DNA of 64,000 nucleotides from an uncultured Mycoplasmatota bacterium. GTDB taxonomy: Bacteria > Bacillota_I > Bacilli_A > RF39 > UBA660. The stretch spans positions 5,011 to 69,010 of the forward strand of contig CANSFI010000003.1 in NCBI GenBank assembly GCA_947646095.1, in the 5' to 3' direction. The position numbers were made by a program, and so were the translations under genes. Shown here one piece after another: positions 23,375 to 30,415 of the stretch. Each line of letters starts with the position of its first letter. Position 1 is the first letter of the stretch. Below the pieces are notes generated by a model, which had not been told where the DNA came from, ran no database searches, and worked only from the letters and a program-made list of their open reading frames with translations.

Positions 23375-24040
23375 TTAAAAGAAATGAAATGGAAATTACA
23401 TAAGAAAAGATATGATGAATTGTTTAACTATGGAGTAAAACATGGTCTAATTGGTGCTTATGATAAGAAATTAATAGAAAATTTAAGCCATATTTATTAT
23501 GGTGAACTTCCAGCATCCATATTATTATTAAATGGTAAATTAAGTAATGGTCATTGCTATGATAGAGGAACATTAGTGATACTAGGATTTGGTGATGATG
23601 ATTTTCAAGTTGTTGATGCAGATATTGATAGTTTAAGATTAAATCCACAATATATTGATGAATATAGGTCTGGGAATAGAAGTGAACATTTTGCTAATCA
23701 TTGTTTTGCAGAAAGAACATTAAAAGATGGTACAAAATTAGTCTATGGTACTTCTGTCGGATTAGTATTCGAAAAAAGTTTATATTATAAACTTGAAAAT
23801 CCTAAAATTACAAAGATTAATGATAAAGAAACAACTTTAAAATTTTTATATTATGATTTTCAACAAGATTCAGATATAGAAAGAGATAAATATGCCCTAC
23901 CTTTGATTTTACCTAATATAGAAAATTGTTTAGTGCCAACACAACCTTTTTATTTAGAACAATTAAAACAAGAAATTGATTATGATGATATATATAAAGA
24001 AATACATGCGGATATGAAAGCAAAAAGATTTTTGAGTTAA
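23363..24040 (+). CDS. papain/transglutaminase-fold-like protein, paralog 1
   Basis: ATG 23363 with gggggat RBS; SNGHCYDRG...DDDF...ANHCFAERTLKDGTKLVYGTS aligns with the Cys/His/Asp positions of the next gene (the Asp position is Gly here). Confidence 0.5.
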   Translation: MATKLKEMKWKLHKKRYDELFNYGVKHGLIGAYDKKLIENLSHIYYGELPASILLLNGKLSNGHCYDRGTLVILGFGDDDFQVVDADIDSLRLNPQYIDEYRSGNRSEHFANHCFAERTLKDGTKLVYGTSVGLVFEKSLYYKLENPKITKINDKETTLKFLYYDFQQDSDIERDKYALPLILPNIENCLVPTQPFYLEQLKQEIDYDDIYKEIHADMKAKRFLS

Positions 24041-24055
24041 TAAGGGGGAAATTAA

Positions 24056-24760
24056 ATGTTTGGAATTAATGAAATATTAGATAAAGTTATTTCTAAAAAA
24101 GAATTAACAGAAGAAGAAAAATTTAAAATATTACGATCTAAAATAATTGATACAAAAGTTGTAGAATATTTAATGAGTAAATTGAATAATTTACATATTG
24201 AGGTATTAGGTAAGTATGAAGGTTCTTTGTTTGAATTAATGCCAGTAGGAAAACTTGAAGGATGGTGTTGGCAAACAACAGAATCGGCAATAGTATTTTT
24301 AAATGATGATGATTATATTGAAAGAGGAAACCTAAGGTTTGATGAAAGAACACCAAAATATTATCATTCATGGATATGTTTTAAGTTTGATGGAACAGAA
24401 TATGTTTTAGATCCTTGTTTAAGTTTTTTATGCAAAAAGAGTGATTATTCAAAAATATTTGAAATCAATGTAAAAGGAAAAGTAAGTGCTAAAACAGTAA
24501 GAGAAGAACTAATTAGACAAGTTACTGTACCTAAAGAGGAAGATAGTTCAAAAGCTCACAAAGCATTTCAATCATTTATGAAAAGTTTTATGGGAGAATC
24601 TTGTGATAGTTATGTGGAAAGTAAAAAAGAAGAGGTTACAGTTCATGGACCAGAAGATGTAAATACTCCATTATACAGAAATGGTGCAGGTTATAAAACA
24701 GAAATAGAAAATGGAAAAGTTAAAAAATTAACAGTTCATTATTATTACACAGATTGTTAG
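24056..24760 (+). CDS. papain/transglutaminase-fold-like protein, paralog 2 (Cys-His-Asp intact)
   Basis: LEGWCWQTTESAIVFL...YYHSWICFKFDGTEYVLDPCL is a classic C...H.W......D.. spacing. Confidence 0.55.
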   Translation: MFGINEILDKVISKKELTEEEKFKILRSKIIDTKVVEYLMSKLNNLHIEVLGKYEGSLFELMPVGKLEGWCWQTTESAIVFLNDDDYIERGNLRFDERTPKYYHSWICFKFDGTEYVLDPCLSFLCKKSDYSKIFEINVKGKVSAKTVREELIRQVTVPKEEDSSKAHKAFQSFMKSFMGESCDSYVESKKEEVTVHGPEDVNTPLYRNGAGYKTEIENGKVKKLTVHYYYTDC

Positions 24761-24856
24761 TATTAAAAAATTAGAAAAATGTGTAAAATTATTTTTTAGA
24801 ATGGTTTATAATTTAGATATGAAGTCAGTACTATATGTACTAGATTACTTAAATTT

Positions 24857-24971
24857 GCGAAAAGTTGTAGATAACTATCACTATCGCACCAGTAAGCAAT
24901 CTGTCCAAACTTTTATAGTTTAGGGCTTAAATATATAAGTATCAATTTCTAAAAGAAGTTGGTTCTTTTTT
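24857..24971 (+). repeat. copy B of the trailer module
   Basis: GCGAAAAGTTGTAGATAACTATCACTATCGCACCA-GTAAGCAATCTGTCCAAAC...GTATCAATTTCTAAAAGAAGTTGGTTCTTTTTT; the match to copy A continues through the RBS into the first codons of the next ORF. Confidence 0.65.
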
Positions 24972-25000
24972 GATGTTTAGGAAAGAAAGGACAGGTTTAA

Positions 25001-25291
25001 ATGGTAACTATTACAAAGAAAGAATTAGAAATTGAAGAACTAAAAGAAGAAGATCATTCATTAAAAAATACATTGGAATTTTGGAAAGACAAGTTTTTAC
25101 AAGTTATGTCTTTAATCAAAGATAAGTTGTTTGGGAAAGAAAAAGAACGAGAAAGATCTTTTGATGTATTCAAAGACTTATATAAAAAAGGAATTATTAA
25201 AGAGGATACATTTAATGAATTAAAAGATAAATACAATTTTAGTAAAGAACATGATAGCAAGGAAAAAGATGATTTTGAGATAGAACTCTAA
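25001..25291 (+). CDS. hypothetical charged coiled-coil protein
   Basis: RBS aaaggacag; 96 aa; its last ~20 nt (GAAAAAGATGATTTTGAGA) recur at 23228-23246. Confidence 0.4.
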   Translation: MVTITKKELEIEELKEEDHSLKNTLEFWKDKFLQVMSLIKDKLFGKEKERERSFDVFKDLYKKGIIKEDTFNELKDKYNFSKEHDSKEKDDFEIEL

Positions 25292-25306
25292 TCATCCTTT
25301 TGTGCG

Positions 25307-26182
25307 TCAATTATTTGGTAATTCAAGTTTTAATGTTTTAGGACTAGAAATTGTTTTTAATTGTTTTTCTTTATCAATTAAATTTAAACAATTATCGATT
25401 CTTTCAACTAATCCAAACAAAGGTAATTCTCCTTTGATACATTTTACCATTTCAATTATTTTTGCTTCTGCTTGTTTTACGGATTCCATATTGAAATCAG
25501 AATTATCAAAACTAATAACTTTTTCAGATAAATTCTTGGCAATAGCATTTTGTGTAGAAGTAGCAAAATCCGAAACGATAATATTCCCACTATTTTGACT
25601 ATTAAGTGCTGGCAATAATAATGTGTTTGCAGTACTTAATAATGTAGGATTACTAGTTAAATCGATTTTAATGCCTTTTCTAGAATAGAAATTAGCACGG
25701 ATGCCCTTTTTTCTACTAACATCAAATCTATATGTTCCATTAATCTTTCCATTGCTTTTATGGGTATTAATTGCACCAGCACCCATTTCCAAACTATCAT
25801 CTGGATTTAATGCTGCTTCAAATACTACTGAAGCATTATTTTGCTTATTTTTTTTATCATATTTTTTTGCTATTCTTACTAATTTTATTCCTGTACTCAA
25901 ATCTCTTATTATTTCAATATCGTTGAATTTTTCTGTTAAAATGTTATCTTTTAATGAAATTGTAAGATAATCATATTTGTATTTTTCTCTCCAATTTCCA
26001 GTTAGTTGATCAAGAGTAATTGATATATCAAAGTCATTTGATAAAACATTAAATGTAGTATCATAGGAAATCCTAGTTGGATGTTGCAAAGTTTGTTTTT
26101 TTCCTACTTTAGCAGATTTAGAAAATTCAATAATACCATTATTGTTAAACGAAAAACGTCTTTTTGCTTTATGTGAATGCAT
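25307..26182 (-). CDS. hypothetical protein, probably the downstream part of a frameshifted ~400-aa gene
   Basis: This frame stays open ~60 nt upstream of the listed ATG (..NINFECEFGRIDWFGMHSHK) back to the homopolymer run at 26226-26231. Confidence 0.45.
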   Translation of the reverse strand: MHSHKAKRRFSFNNNGIIEFSKSAKVGKKQTLQHPTRISYDTTFNVLSNDFDISITLDQLTGNWREKYKYDYLTISLKDNILTEKFNDIEIIRDLSTGIKLVRIAKKYDKKNKQNNASVVFEAALNPDDSLEMGAGAINTHKSNGKINGTYRFDVSRKKGIRANFYSRKGIKIDLTSNPTLLSTANTLLLPALNSQNSGNIIVSDFATSTQNAIAKNLSEKVISFDNSDFNMESVKQAEAKIIEMVKCIKGELPLFGLVERIDNCLNLIDKEKQLKTISSPKTLKLELPNN

Positions 26183-26220
26183 ACCAAACCAATCAATTCT
26201 ACCAAATTCACATTCAAAAT

Positions 26221-26517
26221 TTATGTTTTTTCTCCTGTTAATGTATTATCTCCTACTAGAGTTTCTTTAGCAAGAGGTATTCCAATTCTATCCCCAGAAT
26301 AGTAAGCATTTGCTAATCTATATCTAGGCTCATATTTTCTTTCCATGTCTCTAACATCAGCTTCACCAATTTCACAATGCAATGGTAGGCAATGTGCATC
26401 CAATAATCGCTCATACCAGCAGGCATTCCAATTTTTGACATATTCTTCTGCCTTTTGCATTTCTTCCAGTACTTTTTCAACTGCTATCATTTGAGTTTCG
26501 TTATCTAAAGTTTCCAT
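26221..26517 (-). CDS. hypothetical Cys/His-containing protein, probably the upstream part of the same frameshifted gene
   Basis: RBS aagggggata; visibly less AT-rich than its neighbours; CWYERLLDAHCLPLHC; ends ..GEKT* inside GGAGAAAAAACATAA. Confidence 0.45.
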   Translation of the reverse strand: METLDNETQMIAVEKVLEEMQKAEEYVKNWNACWYERLLDAHCLPLHCEIGEADVRDMERKYEPRYRLANAYYSGDRIGIPLAKETLVGDNTLTGEKT

Positions 26518-26579
26518 AGTTATCCCCCTTAACTATTAATTATTATATCATAGCTTTTAATAAAATCTTATAAAAAATA

Positions 26580-26608
26580 TTCAACTTTTTTTAAAAATGT
26601 GCTATATT
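26580..26608 (+). promoter_or_regulatory. promoter-like TTCAAC-N17-(TGc)TATATT in front of copy C1
   Basis: Extended -10 TG at the correct offset; 17-nt spacer. Confidence 0.35.
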
Positions 26609-26650
26609 TTCATTAGTGATTGATTCCTATATCAATCGTTGTGGTAAAAA

Positions 26651-26755
26651 GTTGTAGATAACTACAACAACAGCACCAGTAGGAAATACATTCTAACTTT
26701 TGAATTAGAAGTTTAAAGTAAAAATCGACTTTCTAAAATAGATTGTTGATTTTTT
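26651..26755 (+). repeat. copy C1 of the trailer module
   Basis: Perfect hairpin GTTGTAG-ataa-CTACAAC, then AACAGCACCA-GTAGGAAATACATTCTAAC.., hairpin AAAATCGAC/GTTGATTTT and T-run. Confidence 0.65.
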
Positions 26756-26764
26756 AATTCTTAA

Positions 26765-26855
26765 GAGTTATAAACAGATATAACTCACTTACTATTGAGC
26801 AATCAATTCTAATTTTTGTTAAATTTAAACATATAGTATCAACTTCAAAATAAAT
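26765..26855 (+). repeat. copy C2 of the trailer module (terminator degraded)
   Basis: Hairpin GAGTTAT-aaacagat-ATAACTC, then ACTTACTATTGAGCAATCAATTCTAATTTTTG...AGTATCAACTTCAAAA. Confidence 0.5.
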
Positions 26856-26868
26856 TAATTATGATAAT

Positions 26869-27033
26869 ATGAAAAAAAGGTTTTGAGTTAATAGGGAGAA
26901 AAATGAAATATTAGAAAAAGTTATTTCTAAAAAAGAATTAGCAGAAGAAGAAAAATTTAAAATATTATGCTCTAAAATAATTGATACAAAGGTTATAGAA
27001 TACTTAATGAGGAAATTAAGTAATTTACATATC
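26869..27033 (+). pseudogene. orphan fragment copying the junction of the two papain-fold genes (3' end of paralog 1 and 5' end of paralog 2)
   Basis: Aligns to 24014-24200 at high identity by eye, with an ~18-nt deletion that removes the start codon; similarity ends near 27033. Confidence 0.7.
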
Positions 27034-27137
27034 AAGATTTATAATCGTATATTATTTTACAACTTTTTTGTCTATATAGCTATTACTAACACCAAATAAT
27101 AATTCTTATAATAATCTAAGTTCTTTTCTATAAATAA

Positions 27138-27169
27138 TATAATGACTTAAAATTATAATGACTTAAAAT
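27138..27169 (+). repeat. perfect 16-bp tandem duplication TATAATGACTTAAAAT x2
   Basis: Read directly at 27138-27153 and 27154-27169. Confidence 0.95.
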
Positions 27170-27278
27170 TTGTTTAAAGCTACAAAACTAATTATTAAAG
27201 TGTTTATTTTGAACAATAATTGTTTGACTTTATAAAAATTGTGTTAAAATAGTATTTGTTTGAAAGTGGGATTTATTT

Positions 27279-28760
27279 ATGGACAATAATTTTATAGCAA
27301 AATTACAGACAGAACAATATTTAATTGGAAGTTTCGATGCTTACTTAAATACAACAAAATCGTTAATAAAAGTCAATTCGAATATTTCTGATGAAGAAGT
27401 AAATATAATTATAGAAAACATGCCAACTATTTATAGAGCAGCTATAACTGATAAAAATGGCCAATATATTGGTTATATTGGTTTGTTTAATGTAGATGGT
27501 AAAAACAGTATAACATCTATAAGATTTGAAACAAGTAAGAATTTAAAACAAAAAGATAAAAATGAAATATTAAATGAATTCAAAAAGTATTTACTTAAAT
27601 CATTAAATATAACTGATATAGAAGAATTTATTTATAAAACTAACAACTTAACAGAAATTGAAAAAAAGGAAATAATTCCTAGATATAATGTCATTATACC
27701 AAATAAGTTATTAATACCTGGAATATCTAAAGAAACTTTAGAAAAATTTTCAAAAAACTACTCTATTCCTAAATTACATATGCCATTTACAATAAAAAGC
27801 AGCAATAAAATTATTGGAATAATAGGATTAAGTAATTTAATTTGGCCAAATAAAAGAGCAAATTTAAATATATTTTTAGATAAAAGTTTAGGTGGTGATA
27901 TATCTAATGAATTATCTGGATATATAATTGATGATTATATTAATTATGTACACGAATCAAATGTTCACAATATAACAATTTCAGTAAATAGCAGCAATCA
28001 AAACATGATAGATATATTAAATAATACTAACATGAATTATTATGGACAAATACCCTTTAGCGCTATTAATGGTGAAAGTATTGAATCAAATTTAATGTTT
28101 CAACATATTCCAAATATGAAAAAAGAAAATAATATTATTCCTGATGATAAATCGATTCCTTTTTCATTACTAGATACAGAAAAAAAAGAACTTTCTAAAC
28201 AAATTGAATTAAATAATGGTTTTAAATTAGTATCCCCTAAATTATTTGAAGATTTAAATATTGATTTAAATCAAATTTTAGAAGATCATATTAAAGCACT
28301 ACAAAATAGACAAGGGTTTACAATACCACTTGGTAATGATAAATATATATTACAAAAAGGTAATAAAAATTATGGCATTTATAAAACATTAATGAATTAT
28401 AATTATATTATTTTAAATGAAAGCAATAAATATTATGGATATATTAGCATATTAAGAAACAATGCTAATAAAAAAAATGCGGAAATTGAAATCGCTATTA
28501 ATCCAAGATTTACACACCAAGGGCTAGGAAGAATGGTTATTAATCGGGTTTATGAAGAACTTTTTTCAATTGGATATGCAAGTGTAACTAGTGCAGTATT
28601 TGAGTTTAATAATCCTTCATTGAAACTACACGAAAAGGTTGCTGAATTAAATGGTATAAGACTTGATGCCTATTATATTAATGGTAAACTATGGAATATG
28701 AATTTTTATTCTAAAACCAATGATTTAATTAAAGATAAACTGAATAGTAAACAAATCTAA
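27279..28760 (+). CDS. multi-domain GNAT-like acetyltransferase (two to three tandem GNAT-like modules)
   Basis: C-terminal module AEIEIAINPRFTHQGLGRMVINRVYEELF is the clearest; the middle module IGLSNLIWPNKRANLNIFLDK... and the N-terminal YIGYIGLFNVDGKNS... repeat the beta-strand pattern. Confidence 0.55.
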   Translation: MDNNFIAKLQTEQYLIGSFDAYLNTTKSLIKVNSNISDEEVNIIIENMPTIYRAAITDKNGQYIGYIGLFNVDGKNSITSIRFETSKNLKQKDKNEILNEFKKYLLKSLNITDIEEFIYKTNNLTEIEKKEIIPRYNVIIPNKLLIPGISKETLEKFSKNYSIPKLHMPFTIKSSNKIIGIIGLSNLIWPNKRANLNIFLDKSLGGDISNELSGYIIDDYINYVHESNVHNITISVNSSNQNMIDILNNTNMNYYGQIPFSAINGESIESNLMFQHIPNMKKENNIIPDDKSIPFSLLDTEKKELSKQIELNNGFKLVSPKLFEDLNIDLNQILEDHIKALQNRQGFTIPLGNDKYILQKGNKNYGIYKTLMNYNYIILNESNKYYGYISILRNNANKKNAEIEIAINPRFTHQGLGRMVINRVYEELFSIGYASVTSAVFEFNNPSLKLHEKVAELNGIRLDAYYINGKLWNMNFYSKTNDLIKDKLNSKQI

Positions 28761-28770
28761 ACACTATTAT

Positions 28771-28795
28771 AAAAAGAGAATTTACTTCTCTTTTT
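28771..28795. terminator. bidirectional intrinsic terminator
   Basis: AAAAAGAGAA-tttac-TTCTCTTTTT between convergent genes. Confidence 0.65.
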
Positions 28796-28816
28796 ATAAT
28801 CTATTTATATAAGTTT

Positions 28817-29998
28817 TTATTTGTTGTTATGTGTATTTTTTACGAATTTCATTCTTTTTTCACTTGTTTCTATAGATATATTATTATTTTCTTTAATTTC
28901 ATCCATTTCTTGTTCTTCATAATGAATATCCGATTTTTTATTAGTTGAATCATATAGAACCTCTTTATGTAATTGGGTTTCTGCTTGATTGTTTTGTTCT
29001 AGTATCATTTTTTCTTTTTCTTGTTTTATTTTTATAGATTCTAAATATAATTTAGTTTTACTAATATTTTGCATTATCTTATATAGTTCAAATCCTAATT
29101 TTTTTTCTTCATCTTCTGTTTCTATTAAAGAAAGTTTATCTTCACCTAATTTTTCATTAAAACTATTAAAAGTAGATATACTATTCTTTCTGTTATTTAG
29201 TCCATAAGTAGTTGCAACTACAAAGCCTATAATACCTGGAGAAATGATTTCTAAAAAACTAGTATGTAATTGCAAATCATTTAAAATCAATTCAAGACCA
29301 ACTAAGTTATAAATCATAAATGGTAATGCAAAACCTATCATGCCATAGCTAAAAAGATAATCAGATATACTTAATCTAAATCTTGCATTTCTAAATTTTT
29401 TTTGTAAAAACTTTTTAATAGAAAGTTTGTCTAATTTTTCCTCATCTTCAATTAAGATATTGTTGATTTTTTGAAATAAATCTTCTTGAGTTTGACAGTT
29501 TTCTTTTTCAGCAATACTATATTTTTCATAATAAATATTAAAAGGATATTTATCCGATTCTAAATCGGTGCAAACTTTATTTAAAATTTTATTTTTATTA
29601 ATAAGCTTTTCTTTTTCTATTTCGTATTTAGTGATTTCACTTAATAGATCTTTATTACTTTTAGCATTACTTACTTTTCTTAATTTTTGTTTACATTGCT
29701 TTTTCCTATATACTATTTGTTGTCCTATAAAACCCATTAAAGTAGGAATACAAATAGATAATGGTTGAATTAGTTCTATTGGAACTAAATTAAAATCAAG
29801 TATAGAAATATTAATTATTATAATAATTAATGAAATTAATCCAAAAGGAATACCTGTAACAAATTTTTGATTAAATGTATTTTCTTTAATAATGTTTATC
29901 TTATCTTCTAAACATTCTATTTTTCTTATATTCTCATTTAATTCATTTTCTATTATATTTCTTATTTTATCAATATCTTTCACCTTAAAACCTCCCAT
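28817..29998 (-). CDS. hypothetical membrane protein: two pairs of TM helices separated by coiled-coil segments
   Basis: Hydrophobic pairs at aa ~50-100 and ~215-265; K/E-rich heptad-like regions between and after them. Confidence 0.45.
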   Translation of the reverse strand: MGGFKVKDIDKIRNIIENELNENIRKIECLEDKINIIKENTFNQKFVTGIPFGLISLIIIIINISILDFNLVPIELIQPLSICIPTLMGFIGQQIVYRKKQCKQKLRKVSNAKSNKDLLSEITKYEIEKEKLINKNKILNKVCTDLESDKYPFNIYYEKYSIAEKENCQTQEDLFQKINNILIEDEEKLDKLSIKKFLQKKFRNARFRLSISDYLFSYGMIGFALPFMIYNLVGLELILNDLQLHTSFLEIISPGIIGFVVATTYGLNNRKNSISTFNSFNEKLGEDKLSLIETEDEEKKLGFELYKIMQNISKTKLYLESIKIKQEKEKMILEQNNQAETQLHKEVLYDSTNKKSDIHYEEQEMDEIKENNNISIETSEKRMKFVKNTHNNK

Positions 29999-30118
29999 AC
30001 ATGTTATATTATATCATAAAATCAATAATTTAAATTTATTTTTTAATATTATAAAAATTTTTAACAAAACTCTATAAACATCATTATATAATTAAAAGTC
30101 ATTTATTACTACCTTACT

Positions 30119-30151
30119 ATACGTTTAAGCGTTTTTTTAATACGTTTAAGC
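30119..30151. promoter_or_regulatory. candidate LytTR-regulator binding site: perfect 12-bp direct repeat ATACGTTTAAGC x2 with 21-bp periodicity
   Basis: Repeats at 30119-30130 and 30140-30151; the core ACGTTTAAG is close to the AgrA/LytTR 9-mer (ACAGTTAAG) with the usual 12-nt gap; a TATAAT lies ~30 nt away on each side (30182-30187 plus strand, 30083-30088 minus strand). Confidence 0.6.
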
Positions 30152-30193
30152 AATAAGTATTCTTTTTAAATAAAATTAATATATAATATTAAT

Positions 30194-30276
30194 AGAAACA
30201 AAAAAGAGATACATAAGTTGTCCGACTAAGTTCTCTTGGTTTCAGTATAAAAGCACTACTTGTGTTTTTATTTTTG
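30194..30276 (+). ncRNA. candidate small RNA convergent with the 21-aa mini-gene
   Basis: Starts downstream of TATAAT 30182-30187; hairpin AAGAGA..TCTCTT (~30205-30238); terminator AAAGCAC-tactt-GTGTTTT plus T-run (30250-30276); no ATG-initiated ORF; the ends are predictions only. Confidence 0.3.
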
Positions 30277-30333
30277 TAACATATATGATAAGAAAATTAT
30301 AAAGAAAATTAACGAAAAAGCCATTATTTCCAT
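30268..30333 (-). CDS. 21-aa hydrophobic peptide MEIMAFSLIFFIIFLSYMLQK (type I toxin-like or small membrane regulator)
   Basis: Own promoter TTGTAA-N17-TATAAT (30421-30393, minus strand), RBS GAAGGGG 8 nt before the ATG, stop TAA, and a terminator hairpin shared with the convergent RNA. Confidence 0.45.
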   Translation of the reverse strand: MEIMAFSLIFFIIFLSYMLQK

Positions 30334-30415
30334 GCTATCTACCCCTTCTATAAAAATATTTTATAGAACTTAGTATCTTATGTATCATAAATATTATAGT
30401 ATATATCGCATATGA

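Larger units (their letters stand above)
21956..27035. mobile_element. decayed mosaic accessory island abutting the 3' end of tRNA-Thr
   Basis: Starts at the tRNA CCA end; contains serine-recombinase fragments, repeated trailer modules, duplicated gene ends and a less AT-rich gene; the right-hand limit is approximate. Confidence 0.5.

Noticed and set aside
24800-24891. Reading repeat copies B, C1 and E as complete degenerate tRNA-Thr pseudogenes with a full cloverleaf.
   Set aside because: Only scattered matches to the tRNA body exist (TTAGT, TGGTAA, AAGTT, GCACCA). No acceptor-stem pairing and no D-arm can be drawn. I kept only the weaker statement of a T-arm-like hairpin plus a CACCA box.
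26221-26240. Programmed -1 ribosomal frameshift joining the 98-aa and 291-aa ORFs.
   Set aside because: The zero-frame sequence GAA AAA ACA is not an X XXY YYZ heptamer (the A-site ACA cannot re-pair as AAC), and I see no obvious downstream stimulatory structure. A homopolymer indel, a sequencing error or phase variation is more parsimonious.
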